Source: Proteromonas lacertae
Taxonomy: Eukaryota
Direction of reading: 5' to 3'
Assembly (NCBI GenBank): GCA_002245135.1
Contig: NGBS01000292.1
Span: 434,001-498,000 of the forward strand
DNA length: 64,000 bases
Position 1 is the first letter of the stretch, and every line of letters begins with the position of its first letter. The position numbers and the translations under genes are program-made. Below are positions 24,707 through 39,285 of the stretch, one piece after another. The notes beneath the pieces are model-generated. The model was not told the DNA's origin and made no database searches. It worked only from the letters and a program-made list of their open reading frames with translations.

Positions 24707-25260
24707 ATACCTGTAGAAGATAAAGTTCATTATATTTCACTAGATGAAATAAATATTGATAGTGTAATGAATAGAGGAAAAAAAAAAAAAAGAGAAAAAG
24801 TAATTAATAAGAAGATACACACAATAATAAAAGAATAGGTGTAGATAATAATAATATAAGTAACGAATATGATATAACAGCAGATGGTTATGAAGATGAA
24901 ACAGATAGTTGTGACAATGATGATAATACTAATGATGAAGATTATAATATTAATATTATAACAAAGAATGACATTTCTAATAGAAATAATAATGTATATG
25001 ATGAAGATAATAACGATGAAATATTAGATGATTCAGTATTATATGATGATAGAGATAGTGAATATGAAGGTAGAAATGGCGATAACGATAAAGAATAATT
25101 ATCGGTATACTTATACTATTTCTTTCTGAAGAATTCTATATCTCAAGATAAAGTAAATAAGTTATTGAAACAATTAAACTCAATAGAAACAATAAAGAAT
25201 TTACATTTAAAAGAAACATTCAAGCCTTTATGAGATTAAGTCGAAAAGGTAATAGGATTT
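24707..25260 (+). pseudogene. Decayed coding sequence, right part of the MULE target
   Basis: Fragments IPVEDKVHYISLDEIN, a D/N-rich stretch and LYYFFLKNSISQDKVNKLLKQL, with in-frame stops. Confidence 0.4.
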
Positions 25261-26238
25261 AAAAAACAGACTAATTATCACTCTCATCATCTTAATTAGC
25301 AAATTCATTGATTGTATATTATACACATGATACTTTGAAGAAATTTCATTTGTGTTATTGATATTTAAGAATATCTTTACTATAATATATTATGCTATAC
25401 AATTAGCAAATATATGCATGTTTATATACAAAAAAAATGTTAAAATAACAAATTACAATCAAAATGATAATATTTTACACAAATAATTAAATTACATTAA
25501 AAGATGACAATTACATGTATTTTTACTTCTTTTACTTTTTTTATTTTCTCATTTTTCTCTTCATATACTAATGAATATGTATTAATTTCTCTATTATGGA
25601 TCAAATTAATGAATATTCAATCTGAAGTTTATGTAATATAGGTTGCTTATCGCTTTTTCTGCTATACTACTTTAATACTATATACAACACAATATGAATT
25701 AGATAATTATACGTTATAACATTAGATGTAACTATATAACAACTAATTAGAATAACTCCTCTAATTTTGAAATGTCATTTAAATACAAGCAGATATTTTC
25801 TTAGCTTTACTCACATAGATTTACAATTTATATATTATCTATAAGAATAATTCAAGAACTCTATTAAGTCTTCGGTACAAAGTGATTGCCAAGTATTTGA
25901 TAGTTTACTAATAATAAGCGAATTTAGTTATGAAATATTACTTAATTTAAAAATATTGTTGGTTCTGTTGAGTTGGAATTTCTATTAAAAGTCTATCTAA
26001 AAAGCATTAAAATTTGATATTTTTAATTTATAGCTAAATACAAACTTGAACATGTAATTAATAGATGTGTAGAGTATTGGCTTTTTATTCAAACTTAAAG
26101 ACAATTAAAAAACGAAAAGAAAAAGGTGTTAAAGTCAAAATTCAACGAGCCCAGCTTGGGTCAAGTATATAAGTCCTATTTGCAAAATAGATTAGAATTC
26201 TTATAGTGAACAAGCCATTTTTCTTTTTAATTGATTTA

Positions 26239-27777
26239 ATGGTATCTCGTGTCTGTGTTGTTTTTCTATTTTGTTTATGTTTGAGTGCAAGCTGGGCTGC
26301 TGATGCAGGAAAGGAAGAGGACAATGAAAAAGAGTTATATGTATTTGTTTTTTATTGTGATAATTTCTAGAAACAAGTTTATAAGAAAGTTGAAAAATTA
26401 CATCCAAAAGAAGCATATCAAATCTCAGATTTACTGATGACAGGTGTTTCAAGAGAAGATGTATATTTCTTGTATATTATTGAATGAAATAGCTTCAAAA
26501 TGCAATGAATGACACATTAGCATTTAATGTATACATAATCTATTTTTTATTCTTCTTAATTAGAAACTTATGATGGAATCAATCAAAGTACTTGGCTTAA
26601 ACAACCAAAAATTCCAAGATGAAGTATTACCAGTTGGTGAACTCTCCATATTCGGTGCTGCTCGTCAATATTTATACTGGAGAGCAGATTTTGGTGATTT
26701 GACTGACTGTAATGTCTATCCAATCAAAGTAGCTGAACCATTTGATGCCTGTAAACCATTCCAAAACGCTAAAGAATTAGAAGGAGCAATAGTTATTGTA
26801 CAAAGAGGAGTTTGTCCATTCACATTAAAAGCTGAAAATATTCAACAAGTAAAGGGTGTAGCTATGGTTGTAGTGAATACTGTAGATGGATTATTCCGTA
26901 TGCCACAAAATGATTCGTATATAAATATATATTTTATTAATATTTTTGAATTTAGATTCACAATTAATATTCCATCAGTAATGATCTTCAAAAGAGATGG
27001 TAAACAAATCTTAGATACTTATCACGATGGTGTTCCATTGATGGGAAGTTTAATTGGAAGAGATTTATGTAAAAATGGTGTTCATTACCCAGAATCAATT
27101 AAAGAGACAATATTACCAACTGATATGACTTTAGGTGGTATGTTACATTATGGAGATAAGAAATATGTGTTTTTAAGCGCTAGATTCAGTGGAATTATTC
27201 CATTAAGACAAGAAATCAAAGACCTTGCGCTTCCAAGTGATGAATATGCATGTGGTAAGATTGATAATGTTAAAGGAAAATGGTTAGTTGTTTTAGTATA
27301 TTATTATCTTATATATAATAGCGAGGAAAATGTAATTACTCATATAAGAGTGATATTGCTACAATAGCTGGTGCAAAAGGTATTATTTTAGTAAACAACG
27401 TACCTGGATTAATTGTACCAGATACTATCGACGATGTGAAAGATATGAGCCATATTCCATTTATAGCTATCAATTCAAAAGGATCTCAATTAATTGATGA
27501 TATTAAATCTGGTAAAACAAAGACTATCACTTTAGAACCAGTATTTAACTCAACAACATTGAAATTGAAATGGAACAACTTAAATGCTTTACAAATCAAC
27601 CCATCAATGCATCCTAAGACTGAATCTGCTGCTCATGAAATGATTTCCAATTTACATAAAGAGTATGATGTGAAAGATGCCATTGATAAACAAGATTTTG
27701 ATGAGTTTATGGTTACTTTAGAAAAAACCTTCATGGCGAAGTTCACTAAGACCAATAAGCCTGAAGGAGAGTTATAA
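26239..27777 (+). CDS. Secreted/ER protein with two protease-associated (PA) domains
   Basis: Signal peptide MVSRVCVVFLFCLCLSASWA. PA1: AEPFDAC...IVIVQRGVCPFTLKAENIQ...AMVVVN. PA2: ACGKI...WLVVL/RGKC...AGAKGIILVN. C-terminal ...GEL. Multiple short introns. Confidence 0.8.
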
Positions 27778-27898
27778 TTATTGAAAACTCCTTTATTATC
27801 ATTGTTTTTTATATATTTTGGGGTTTAAAAATTTTGACAAAAGAAAAATAAAGAATTTTATAGAATTCTATAACTTATTCTGTATTGATTAAAAACTT

Positions 27899-29129
27899 AT
27901 GGAGAGTGTTCAGTCCGTTCAGATTCCAGATGATAAGAAGATTATTGTTGAGCAAGTCTCTGCCAAAGTACCTAAAGTACATGGTATATTTAATTTTACT
28001 ATCTTCTATAGATGAAAAACATCGTAATGCTATTATTTATGGCATAATCAAAGATTACGATTGTGATATTGATAAAATAGGTATATTTTATGATGATTAT
28101 TTTATGTATTAGCTGATATTGTGAATAATATATACATATGGAGAGAAAAGAATGGAATAAACAATATTTTGGATAATCAAAATGCTATTGATGTATTTTA
28201 CATATTTATTTAATTCATAGACATACAACAAGATTAAAACATATTCGCTATGTACAATTCATAAAACAGACAAATTGGGAAGACCTCTAACAATTGTACA
28301 AACAGGTCAAATGGATTTGCCAGATATACATAGACGCTTTACAGATGAAGAATTATTACTATCATTCCATTACCATTTTGAACTACAAAAGAAAATAACA
28401 TACGAAAATCTAGATAAAAAAGGATATGAATATTTAGATGGAGTTACATTGTTAGATATGGAAGGAATGACGTTATTTTCACATATGCATCCTCCAGCCA
28501 TGAAACTCTTTGAAAAAGTATACTATGAATATGAGCATTATTTCACTGGATATATAAGTAAAGTGTATTTATTGAACTGTCCTTGGATTTTCAAATTTTT
28601 GTGGAATGTAATATCAAAAATGCTTTCTGAAGTGAATAAACAGAAAGTAGTAATTATTAACAACTATGAAGAGTTATATAATTATTTTGACAAAGAGAGT
28701 TTACCTGTAAAATATGGTGGTAGCTGTAATGCTTGTGAAGGAGGATGTATTCCAGTGAAAATGACTGATTCAAACAATAATAAAACAAATAAATCATTTA
28801 GAGAAAAATTAAACAATTACCATCTTGTTTTAAAAGCTAGAGAGTCAAAAGTATTTAATTTGAAAGTGAAAAAAGGTGATGTTGTTAATTATACTCTTTC
28901 AACGGATAATTATGATATTAAATTCAGTATTAATTTGAAATATAATGATAATGTTAAAGAAAGAACTATTCTTAATGAATGTAAAATTGGAAGTGAAGAT
29001 CAACCATTATGTGGATCAATAATGATTGAAAATGATGGTGAATGTTTAGCAGTATTGGATAATAGTTATGCTAGATGGCATTCTAAGACCATTGATTTTG
29101 AATATTTCATTACTAATACTCAAGAATAA
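27899..29129 (+). CDS. SEC14-like CRAL-TRIO plus GOLD domain lipid-binding protein
   Basis: DKLGRPLTI, LLDMEG, VYLLNCPWIFKFLWNVIS and LPVKYGG, followed by a GOLD domain (DIKFSI...LDNSYARWHSKTI). Confidence 0.88.
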
Positions 29130-29437
29130 AGGAGTGTATATGTATTTATTATTTTTTACTTGTTGATTAAAGTATATTGATTAAATTTCATTTGATCTGA
29201 TAATGTTTTGGGGATATAATCATAAATCATTGCTTTTTATAATTATTTTCACCCGATTCACTCTATACGGAAATAATTAAAGTACATAAAATCAGTCCTC
29301 TTTTATTTCTACTTCTTTAATATGTATAACAATAGTGCATTCATAGTCTATAACAAAGCTATGTATAAATGCTAAGATTGGCCAACGTATCTGTTGAAAT
29401 TAACTTAACAATCAAATCTAGAAAAAGCTTGAATCAC

Positions 29438-31547
29438 ATGTTTGATTTAATCGAAATTTATTTTTTATCATTCATTTTTCAAACCTTCTAGACAAATTCC
29501 AAAGTAGTTGATGAATATACCAGGTATAGATCAATTGTACCATGTAATTTAGAATTTTATCCTCAGCAGCGTTCTTATCTACAGGTATTTGGTGGTCGTT
29601 CCGGTAGTGGTATTGATTTGGGTTTTAAATACATCTAGTTATTCTTCGAAGACCATATGTGATGATCATTTGCGAGGGAGGCTTCAATCCATTAGTTCAA
29701 GAATATGCCAGATCAGTTCAATCAGAATTTATAGATGGTGGGTTAGATGTGTCAATCAGAAGTAGTTATGGCCATCCTCCAGTTGCAGTTGATGGAAACA
29801 ACCTCAGAATTGTCTTAAATGTATTTTTATTAATAATTGATGGATTCTATTTACCATATTATAGACATCTCATGCTGATTATAACATTATTATTGACACA
29901 ACATCCATTCAGAACCACACTTGTATAGAAATGCCTACATTACAAGCAATTCAAGTCAGTGAAGCCTTATATCACATGAAGCAGAAGTGGAAGGAATATA
30001 TTGTCTATCATAATTCTAATCCAAGTGAATTAACTTCAGATAAACTCCAAGATTTAATCAGAACATTAACTTCATTATATCGTCCACAGAATTCAGTAGA
30101 AGGATTAAAACAGAAATTAGCACAAGGTCCGATAGATACATCATTCCAAAACTCAATTATTCAGCTACATAAAGACTTTAAATCTGCTTATGTATAAATG
30201 AAACGACTATATATTTTGAAATAGAATACTTTAATACACCAGTTAGTATTTTCTGATTTAAATGGCGAGCCAAATATAGGTAAAGGTAGAATGATAGAAG
30301 ATTTGAATTATGTGCCAAGTCCTTTCACTATTACGCAAATTCTCACACCAGAGTCACAGAGCCATGTAATTGACTATTTTGAGAAATTATTATTAGAAAT
30401 AGAGACAATCAATAGGTCAGATTTAGCTGTATGGAACAATTACATAAAATCGAATAAATTAATACCTATTTCCAACTGGATATGTAAAATATGCAATAAT
30501 AACTGTAATCCAAAGACATTACAATGTCCTAAGTGTAATACATACAAAGTAGAAGAAGTAGACTTATCATCATCACCAACATTCCCTCGTATGTCTCCAA
30601 TCCCAATCCCAGTGAAGCCAGAACTATTACAACAACAGAATAATAATAATAATAATGGAGTAAGTGGTAATATTAGTTTATCTGCAAATAATAATAATAA
30701 TTCATCAGAATCAAATACTAACAATGCAAAGAATTTGAAATTAAATCCAAGTGCTAAAGAGTTTATACCTCATTTTCTACAACAACAACAACCAAATCCA
30801 TATAATCTAAAACCATGGGGATCGCCAGAACAACAACAACAACAACAACAACAATCATCATCTTCGCCACCACCAGTTCCACAATTACCACCTGAATTAT
30901 GGAATTATAATAATAATAATAATAGTCGAAATATATATAATAATATTCCAAGGCAATCTCCAATACCTTCAACTAATAATAATAATAATAATAATATTTC
31001 ATCACCACCACCATCTTCAATTCCTCCATATTTCCAGAATAATAAAGGAATTGATGTAACTCCAATTAGAAATTCTGCAATATTAAGAAATGATATCACA
31101 TCAAGTCCATTATTATATGCAATGAATATGGTTCAACAACAACAACAACAACAGTCTACATCAATTCAACAATTGCAGCAGCAATTATTACAGCAACAAA
31201 TGTCATCTTCATCATTTACATTATCACCTCCACCACCATCACAACAACCACAACCAATGTTTTCATCTCCTATTCCACCACCTCTTCCATCTGCAGGTGG
31301 TGGAATATATGGCGATTATAATGGATATATGAATAATATGAATGGAATGATATATAATAATAATAATAATAAAATAATTGAACATCCCTGTGCAGTATGT
31401 GGCGAAGAATCAACATTAGCTTGTCATGAATGTGCATCTAGTCCTCCTTATAAGAATACATATTATTGCAGTATAAAACATCAGAAACAAGATTGGGCTA
31501 AACATCAAGCATATCATAAAGCGATGCAAGAGAAATATCTATCATAG
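29438..31547 (+). CDS. Low-complexity protein with RanBP2-type zinc finger, PAM2 motif and C-terminal MYND finger
   Basis: WICKICNNNCNPKTLQCPKC, KLNPSAKEFIP and CAVCGEES..C..C...YYCSIKHQKQDWAKH. Q/N/P-rich linker. Several upstream short exons, so the start is approximate. Confidence 0.75.
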
Positions 31548-31759
31548 TTGATTGCTTAAAAAATGATGAAAATAGATATATTATTTATTTTAATGAAATA
31601 GATAAAAGTTGTTCTTTTGAATATAAAAAGATAATAAAAAATTGAAAAATGAAAATTTTGTGTGTTTTTGTGTTGTGGATTTAATAAAACATAATAGAAA
31701 ATATTTATACAACCATCTAATAAACTTTGTATTTATTATATATCAAATCTCGAATTGTA

Positions 31760-33405
31760 TCAGTTAAAAATATAAAATGGTTTTCTCTCTTTTTCTATTG
31801 TATAATATACTTGTCGATTGTCATTAATATCATTATTTTCTTTAATTGTATAAGTATAGTTAAAAATATTTCTACAATTCACATCCTCTATAACATTTTC
31901 TAGAAGTTTACAATAACCTTCAACTTCTTCTATTAATTGATCTAACTTTCCATTACACTGTTCTTTATCTCTTTCTATTTCTTGTATTTCATTGGTAAGT
32001 AAGTCTTCTTTATTTTTCACTTTAGCACTTAATTCACCAAATATTCCTTCAATTCCTGTTATATCATTTATTGACTTTCCATAATTTCCATCTTTTTCAT
32101 CTAACTTATCTTTCACATGCCTTGCAATACGTATTATATATCTAATCAATTCTTTTCCCTTATACATAACTTCTTCATTTTTATCAAATTTATATGAAAT
32201 ATTTTCCTTTATAAAGTATAGTAAAACATAAATAAACGATGTTTTACCTATACCTGGCTGGCCTGTTATTACTACATTAATCACATCATTTAATGAAAAG
32301 CATTTACAAATATTTCGAAACATATCATAATAACAATCTCTTATGTAAATTCTCTTCATAGGAAATTGAAATACATTGACATTAACATCATATTCTAAAC
32401 ACATCTTCTGTTGACCAACAATAACATTACCATCTTTATCAAGTTTACTGTGATAAGCTTTATGTAAATTGTTGACAATTTAAGAAAACAATCTTCTTGT
32501 TGTTGTGGTAGTTGTGGTAGTAGTAGTTGTTGTAATAGTAGTGGTTCTTGTTGTAGTATTAGTGGTTCAAGTATTGGTTGTAGTTGTTGTGGTAATTGCG
32601 GTGGTTGTTGTAGTTGTAGTTGTAGTTGATGTGAATATTGTAGTACATGTTGAAATAATGTTGGTTGTTGCTGTAATTGTTGTAGTAATTGTTGCAGTAT
32701 AAGAAATGGTGTTGGTTGATGTAGTTGTCGAGGTATTTGCGGCGGCTGTTGTTGTCTTTGGTTCATTATTCCTGTTTTTAGTTTTTCACTCTCATCATCA
32801 TCTTCCTCTTCTATAGGTGTTGGTGGTGATTCTGTTTTTTGCTTTTTTTCTATTTGTTTTGTTCTATTTTCTAATGATTGATCTAAGTTATGAATTCCAT
32901 CTTCTATTATTTCATCATCTAAACGCCTCTTCTCAATCCTCATTTCACATACTTCAATTGTATCATCTTTATTAAACAAAATTAATACAGGATATATTGA
33001 ATGTTCACTTTCTATACCATCCAATCTACCAATAATATCACCATTCTTTTGACTAATAAACATTCTTTTCCCTTTCTTATCATATATTACTTCATATATT
33101 TCACCTAATACCAAACTTTTATTTCTAACTTCAACTATTCTTCTATCATTATATGTAAATGAAGATCCATTGGTTGACTCTGTGGATAATATTACCATTT
33201 TCTCTACAGAAAATTTATCTTTAGAATAGCCTACACCAAGCTTAGATTCTAATTTTCTAACTCGAATATCAATTTCTCTTACATTAGTTTCTGGGCATAT
33301 ACCAATTTCTAATAAACCTAAGTCATTTTTAAATTCACCTTTAGATAAGGGTATTGTGAAAAAACCATGATTAAACCCTGGCAAACAGCTCAAAACGTTA
33401 TTCAT
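31760..33405 (-). pseudogene. SPRY-like domain, Q/P-rich linker and Crinkler/RHS-type P-loop NTPase; frameshifted and apparently truncated
   Basis: SPRY-like EIGIC...YEVIYD...IYPVLIL. IYIRDCY...VVITGQPGIGKTSFIYVLL matches the start of CR-NTPases. One-base frame break near 32478. Confidence 0.6.
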
Positions 33406-33800
33406 TAATTATAATAAATACTCTATCTTGAATAATAACGAAGATATTAATAATTAATTAATTGAAATAACAACCAATCAAATCAAGCTAACAATTAACC
33501 AATAAAATTGCGTATTTTAGATTATTTGCATGTCATTTTTATAGTGATGTAGAAAGAAATAAGATATTTTGATATGTGGAATTGATTTATGAGATTATTA
33601 GTTTTCATTTCTTAATGAAATTGAAGTAACTAATGGAATTGAGAGTGATTTAGTTAATTACTGTTTATTGGTAGTAATTATATATATAGCTGTAGTTATG
33701 TTTAGTTATTGATAATATATTTATTTTATAACTATCTAAATTTTAGTTTTTAGAGAAATATCCTTTGCTTATAAAAATAAATCACAATAAGAACAACTAT

Positions 33801-36800
33801 CTAATTAATTCTTTCCATTATCTTCTTTCTTTTCATATCTCTTTTACATATTTTAAATGGAATATTCTTATTGAGGTTGAAATTAGATTTCTTCTTTACA
33901 ATATTTTCATTAACATTTTCTTTTTTCTTTTCATCATCTTCATTCACTTTTATATCATTCTTTATTTCATTTTTATTCAAATCTTCTTCATCATTTCTTA
34001 GCCAAAATGGAACATGTCTTTCCTCTTCTTCCTCTTCCTCTCCATTTTCATCCTCTTTTTCTATCTCCTCTTCTTCATCATTATCTTCTTCATTTATATC
34101 GTCTAAATATTCATTGGAATTTTTTCTATCTATTGCATTATCATTCTCTTCTTTTTCTTCTGTATCTAATTTAGTCGTATTGTTCTTCAAATCATTCTTC
34201 ATATTCTCTATTAATTCTTTTATTTTATATAAATATAACACATAACTCCTTGGATTTTTCAATTTTCTAATCTTACAAGTTAATTCTTTCATTTGATTGA
34301 TTTTCTCATTATTATCCTTAATACATTTACATCTCTCAAGCTTTTCATAATTTTCTTCAAAAGCACTCAACTGAACTTCAAATTCTGAGTTTAAATTTTT
34401 CATAATTTCATCATTCTCATCTTCATTTGAATCTGTATTATCTAATTCATTTTCAAAATCAATTACTGGATTTGATTCATCATCATCATCATCTACTTCT
34501 TGTTGTTGTTGTTGTTGTTGTTCTTCTTCTTCTTCTTCTACTTCTTCACTTTCCTTTTCCTTTTCTTTTCCTATAAACTCTTCTTCTTCATTATTTTCTT
34601 CTTTAACTTCTTCTTTATCCATTTGAGGATGATTAAACTTATAATCATTATTAACCATCTTAATTGGAGATGTAGGAGCTGATCTAAACATATTATTCTT
34701 TTTTGTTTTTCTTCCTTTAATTTTATTACTGATTCTAGTTGGACTACTTGGACTAGAATGATAACTCAATAATTTATCATTTTCTTCTTCTTCTTCATCA
34801 TCATCTTCTTCAATGTAATAATTACTTCTATTATTATTAAGACTTTTACATTTTCTTATATTCATTGGATTTTTAATTGGACTTATTTCATTTATTATAT
34901 TATACTTTGATATCAAACTACTTTTTCTTCTCACATTATTATCAGTCAAAACACCACTATATTCATGAAATAGTTCATTATATCTCACAAATAGATCATT
35001 ATAACTATCTTTTTGATTTTTAAACATCCTATCACTTTCTATCAGCTTATTTTCTAAGTAATTTTTATCACTAATTGCACTGCTTAATAATTGTTGATAT
35101 CTGGATAATTCATTATTTAAAATTGATGTTTTAGATAATAATTCATTTATTTGACTTTGATATTCTACTATTTCATTCTCCAGTTTGGATCTTTCATTGA
35201 GTAAATTTGAGTATTTGTTATTATCTCTTTCAACTTTTTCTTTCATCTTTTTATCTAATTTTTCTTTAACTTCATTTATTTCAGCTTTTAGTTTGTCTAT
35301 AAGCTTTTGCGATTCTTCTTCTTTCTTCTTTAATACACATATTTGTTTATCTTTATTCTCCATTTCATATTTGTTGGATGTTAATTCATTCGATAACTGT
35401 TTTACTTTCAATTCGTTCCTCTTCTTTATCTCATTGTTTTCTTCTTTAATCTTCTTTAAATTGGCTTTATTCTCATTTAATTCTTTCTTCATTCTTTCAT
35501 TTTCACTTTCTATCAACTTTATCTCCTTTTCTTTTCCTTCCATTTCTATTACCATCTTCTCTATTTTATCATTCAATTCAGTATTTTCTACCAATCTCTC
35601 ATTCATTTCTGTGTTATTATCTTTATGCAGTTTCTTATATTCATCTTCTTTACTAGTTATTTGGTTTGTTAATTCATTTATTTGTAGGTCCTTTTCATTT
35701 ATTTCTTGATTCATCTTTTCCATTTCCATTTCATTTTCATCTATTTATATTAAATATAAATAACAAAATAATTATAAATATATAAATACGAATAATTTTA
35801 TTTAGAGTTTCAACATCCAATTGTGATTGTTTCAACTGATTACTTGTCACTTTAAATTCTTCAATTATTGTAGATAGATTTGGTTCAAGTTTTGATTTTT
35901 CTTTAAATTCTTTTATTTCTCTGTTTAATTGATTTATTGTTTCTTCATTGCTTTGATTTTCTTCTTTTATATTGTTATTCATTATTTCTAAAGATCTATT
36001 TCTTCTTGATATATCTTCATATTTTGATTCTTTCTTCATATTATCTTCATTTATCTATATATGCATTATAAATAATATAAATTATACTTTTTTCATTTCA
36101 ATAATTTCATTCTTATAAATACTCACTTCTTCATTTAACTCACTTATTTTTTCTATCAATTCATTCATCATTGCATTTGAATCATTATTATCGTTATTGT
36201 CTTTGTTGTTTTGTGTATTATTCTTTACAATTACATCAATATTATTAGCTTGATAATATCCTAAATATTTCCTCTTATTATTTGTATTACTACTATCAGA
36301 AGAAGAACTATTCTTATATTTAAACTGATTAATTATTAATTTATTATTTTCATTTTCATTAAACAGTTCTTTATATTTTTCTTCTAATTCATTATTCTCT
36401 TCAATCATCTTTTTCAATTCATTTTCTTTATATTCCAATTCCTTTTTTATTATTTCTTTATTATGAGTGTCTAAATTATTGTATAATGATTCATTTTCTT
36501 CTATTAAGCCATTTATTTTATTTTGTAATCCACTTATTCTGTTTGTTGCATCATTTTGATAATCTTTAAACTCTTTTAATAATTCATTATACTTAACTCT
36601 CTTATATTCATTAGCTTCTATTATCTTGTTTTTATTTTCTATTTCCATACTTAATTCTTCATTTTTAAATAGAATTTTGTTTAGTTTCTCGTTTAAGACT
36701 GGAGATTTCATTTTTATGTCAAACAACTGCTGATTCAAATCGGTATTTTTCTTTTTAAGAGTTTCTATCTCTTTTTGACTTGATAGCAATAGATTAGTCA

Positions 36801-37300
36801 TATCTGTAACATTTATACCATTATTTATGTCATTCTTTAACATAGATACTGGTTTGTTTAGTCCAATACTAATTTTCTTCATAAAATCACTCATTTCATT
36901 GTTCTTATCGTCATATTTACGTTTTAACTTGAACATTTCATCATCTTGTCTTAATAATTCCAGTTTTAACTCATGATTCTCTTTACACAGACTTTGATTA
37001 GTTTCTAGTAATTTTGTATATCTAAGTGATATTTCATTTGGGGAATATTTAGGTGAACAGGAAGGGAACTCTAAAACTCGATTCACCGGAGGAGTAGTTT
37101 TGATCTTAGTACTGTTTGCAATATTATTATTTCTATAGTTCATCGAATACATCTAAATGATAATACTACTTAAATTATACTTGATTTGGACTAACTGACT
37201 TATCATCCATTCTTTCATTCAATTTTTCATACCCATTTACAATGAAACTTGTATTTGGAGAATCAACTGACTTCTCAAGATGCTGTGATAATGAATACAT
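33801..37300 (-). CDS. Large coiled-coil protein with acidic C-terminus
   Basis: ORFs 36082-37152, 35737-36039 and 33801-35729 linked by short introns. E/K/N-rich heptads. Confidence 0.75.
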
Positions 37301-37476
37301 ATTCCAACTGTATTTTGTATTTTTTCAAATCAAATAACAAAACGGTTGAATTTTTAATAGATGTACAACTTCATATGTATGTTTAATTATACCATAAATT
37401 ATATTGCATATTCCACACAAATACTACATACAACAATATATTTAAAAAAATTAAAAATAAAAGAAAACTAGATTAT

Positions 37477-39164
37477 TCATTTATTTATATCCTTATGTAC
37501 ATGCACCGCTTTTCTATTCTTCACTTTCAATTCTTTGCTCTTAAAATCATTCTCACTAGTCGTCATATATCTCACAGTTCCATCTGTTAATTGATCATTA
37601 TTTAAATCCAAGTGTAAATCCTTTCCAATTAGGCTCAATAACTCAAAACCATCATTTATCTCTTTTGAAAACTATATAAATATAATAATAATTATTATAT
37701 TAGTATACGCAATTAATTTGAAAATCATATTTTGCTCTTAACCTCACAGTTTCAAGTAATAATTCCTTCAATTCTTCTTTATACACAAATTTACCTTCAA
37801 TACTCATTATTTCAGTAGAAAAATATGGAAATTTCTCAGCCCAAGGCATTCCAGGTGTAAACATAAATAATAAAATAATATCCATCAACAAAGTAAATAT
37901 TCCCTGAATCAAATCTTGAATGAACTTTTGAGCCCATTTATCAACACAAATAACGATTATATAGACAATAACTGGACTTATTATATATATACCACCACAT
38001 ATTAACATCTTCAACATAAATCTCCTTTTTGTATCAAAGTTTTTTCGAGTTGTATAATAACTATAAATATACCAAAATAATGTTAAAATTCTAACAACTA
38101 AATAAATGATAGATATAGGATGAGTGTATTGAGCAACAGTTGCTTCAACATCACTTGGAATAATTTTATAATATAAATAGCTGAATATTGATAAACAATA
38201 ATAACACACACTATATATCATTATTTTCACTCTTCCATTTCCACTTATTTTTCTTCTTACTACTCTCCATCCTTTAATTAATAATATTAAATGAACTATT
38301 AATAATATATCACTTAAATATTGAAGGATTTTTGATCCATCTACAAAATCTTGAGTTGGTTTATTTGCATCAATATAATTCTGATAATATAAAAAACTCA
38401 ATAAGTTTGATATAGTTTGAGTAATAATTGATAAAACTAAAAAACCAAATATTGTGTGTAATTTATTAATCTTCTGAAGTTTTACACATACAAAAAATGT
38501 GTATAAAGTTAATACAAAGTATATTATCATCATTGCCATACTGTATTTATACAAAGGAATATCATCAGCTTGTAGATTCTTTGCTATACCATTTCCATTC
38601 GTGAAACTTATATCAATATTCTTTAAATTGATTGGTCCTTGACATCCATTAGATGTGCATTCAACGTCTCTACAGTTACTTATTACAAAATAAAAATATC
38701 TCACTTTGGAAGTTTTAATACACTGTTCTAGAAAATACACACCATTTTTATCGGCTTTGAAGTCGTAAACATTTGTAAAATCACCTCCATTTGTTGGTTT
38801 AGCTTTTCTAACTTTATCATAGCATGTATGATAATCATTTAATACAGCTTTCCACATTTTTTCATCATCGTAGTACAGAATCAGTTTATAATTACCAGCA
38901 TTTGTAATATTATCATAATTAGCAATAGTAGCGTTTATACTATGACATATTACATAAAAGAAGAGCAATTAGATATATACTAATAGCAGCCTCTATCACT
39001 TTCACCATAATCCTTTTGAAAGGCAAATGTTGTGAAATAATACCATGAATTCGTCGAATACAGCTAGAATATAGAAATCATGTAAATACTGAATCCCAAT
39101 GCAGCAGAAGTGCGTAAGATATGTGTAACTGTGTGATAAGTAATATTAATAGGAAAAATTTCAT
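37477..39164 (-). CDS. GPR180/TMEM145-like seven-transmembrane protein
   Basis: Signal peptide, luminal domain (LILYYDD..W, VRYFYFVISNC, ISFTNG), about 7 hydrophobic helices and LLIKGW motif. Confidence 0.75.
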
Positions 39165-39285
39165 AAATAAATATGCAGTTAAAAAATTAAAAATTTAAAA
39201 CAGAAACAGAAACGACTCTATTTTCAATAAACCATTTAAAAAATCAATACAACTAAAATATAACACATTATTTATATATCCTTTT

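Noticed and set aside
32505..35709. Val-rich and Ser/Phe-rich plus-strand ORFs
   Set aside because: They are antisense shadows of Gln-rich and Glu/Lys-rich minus-strand coding sequence.
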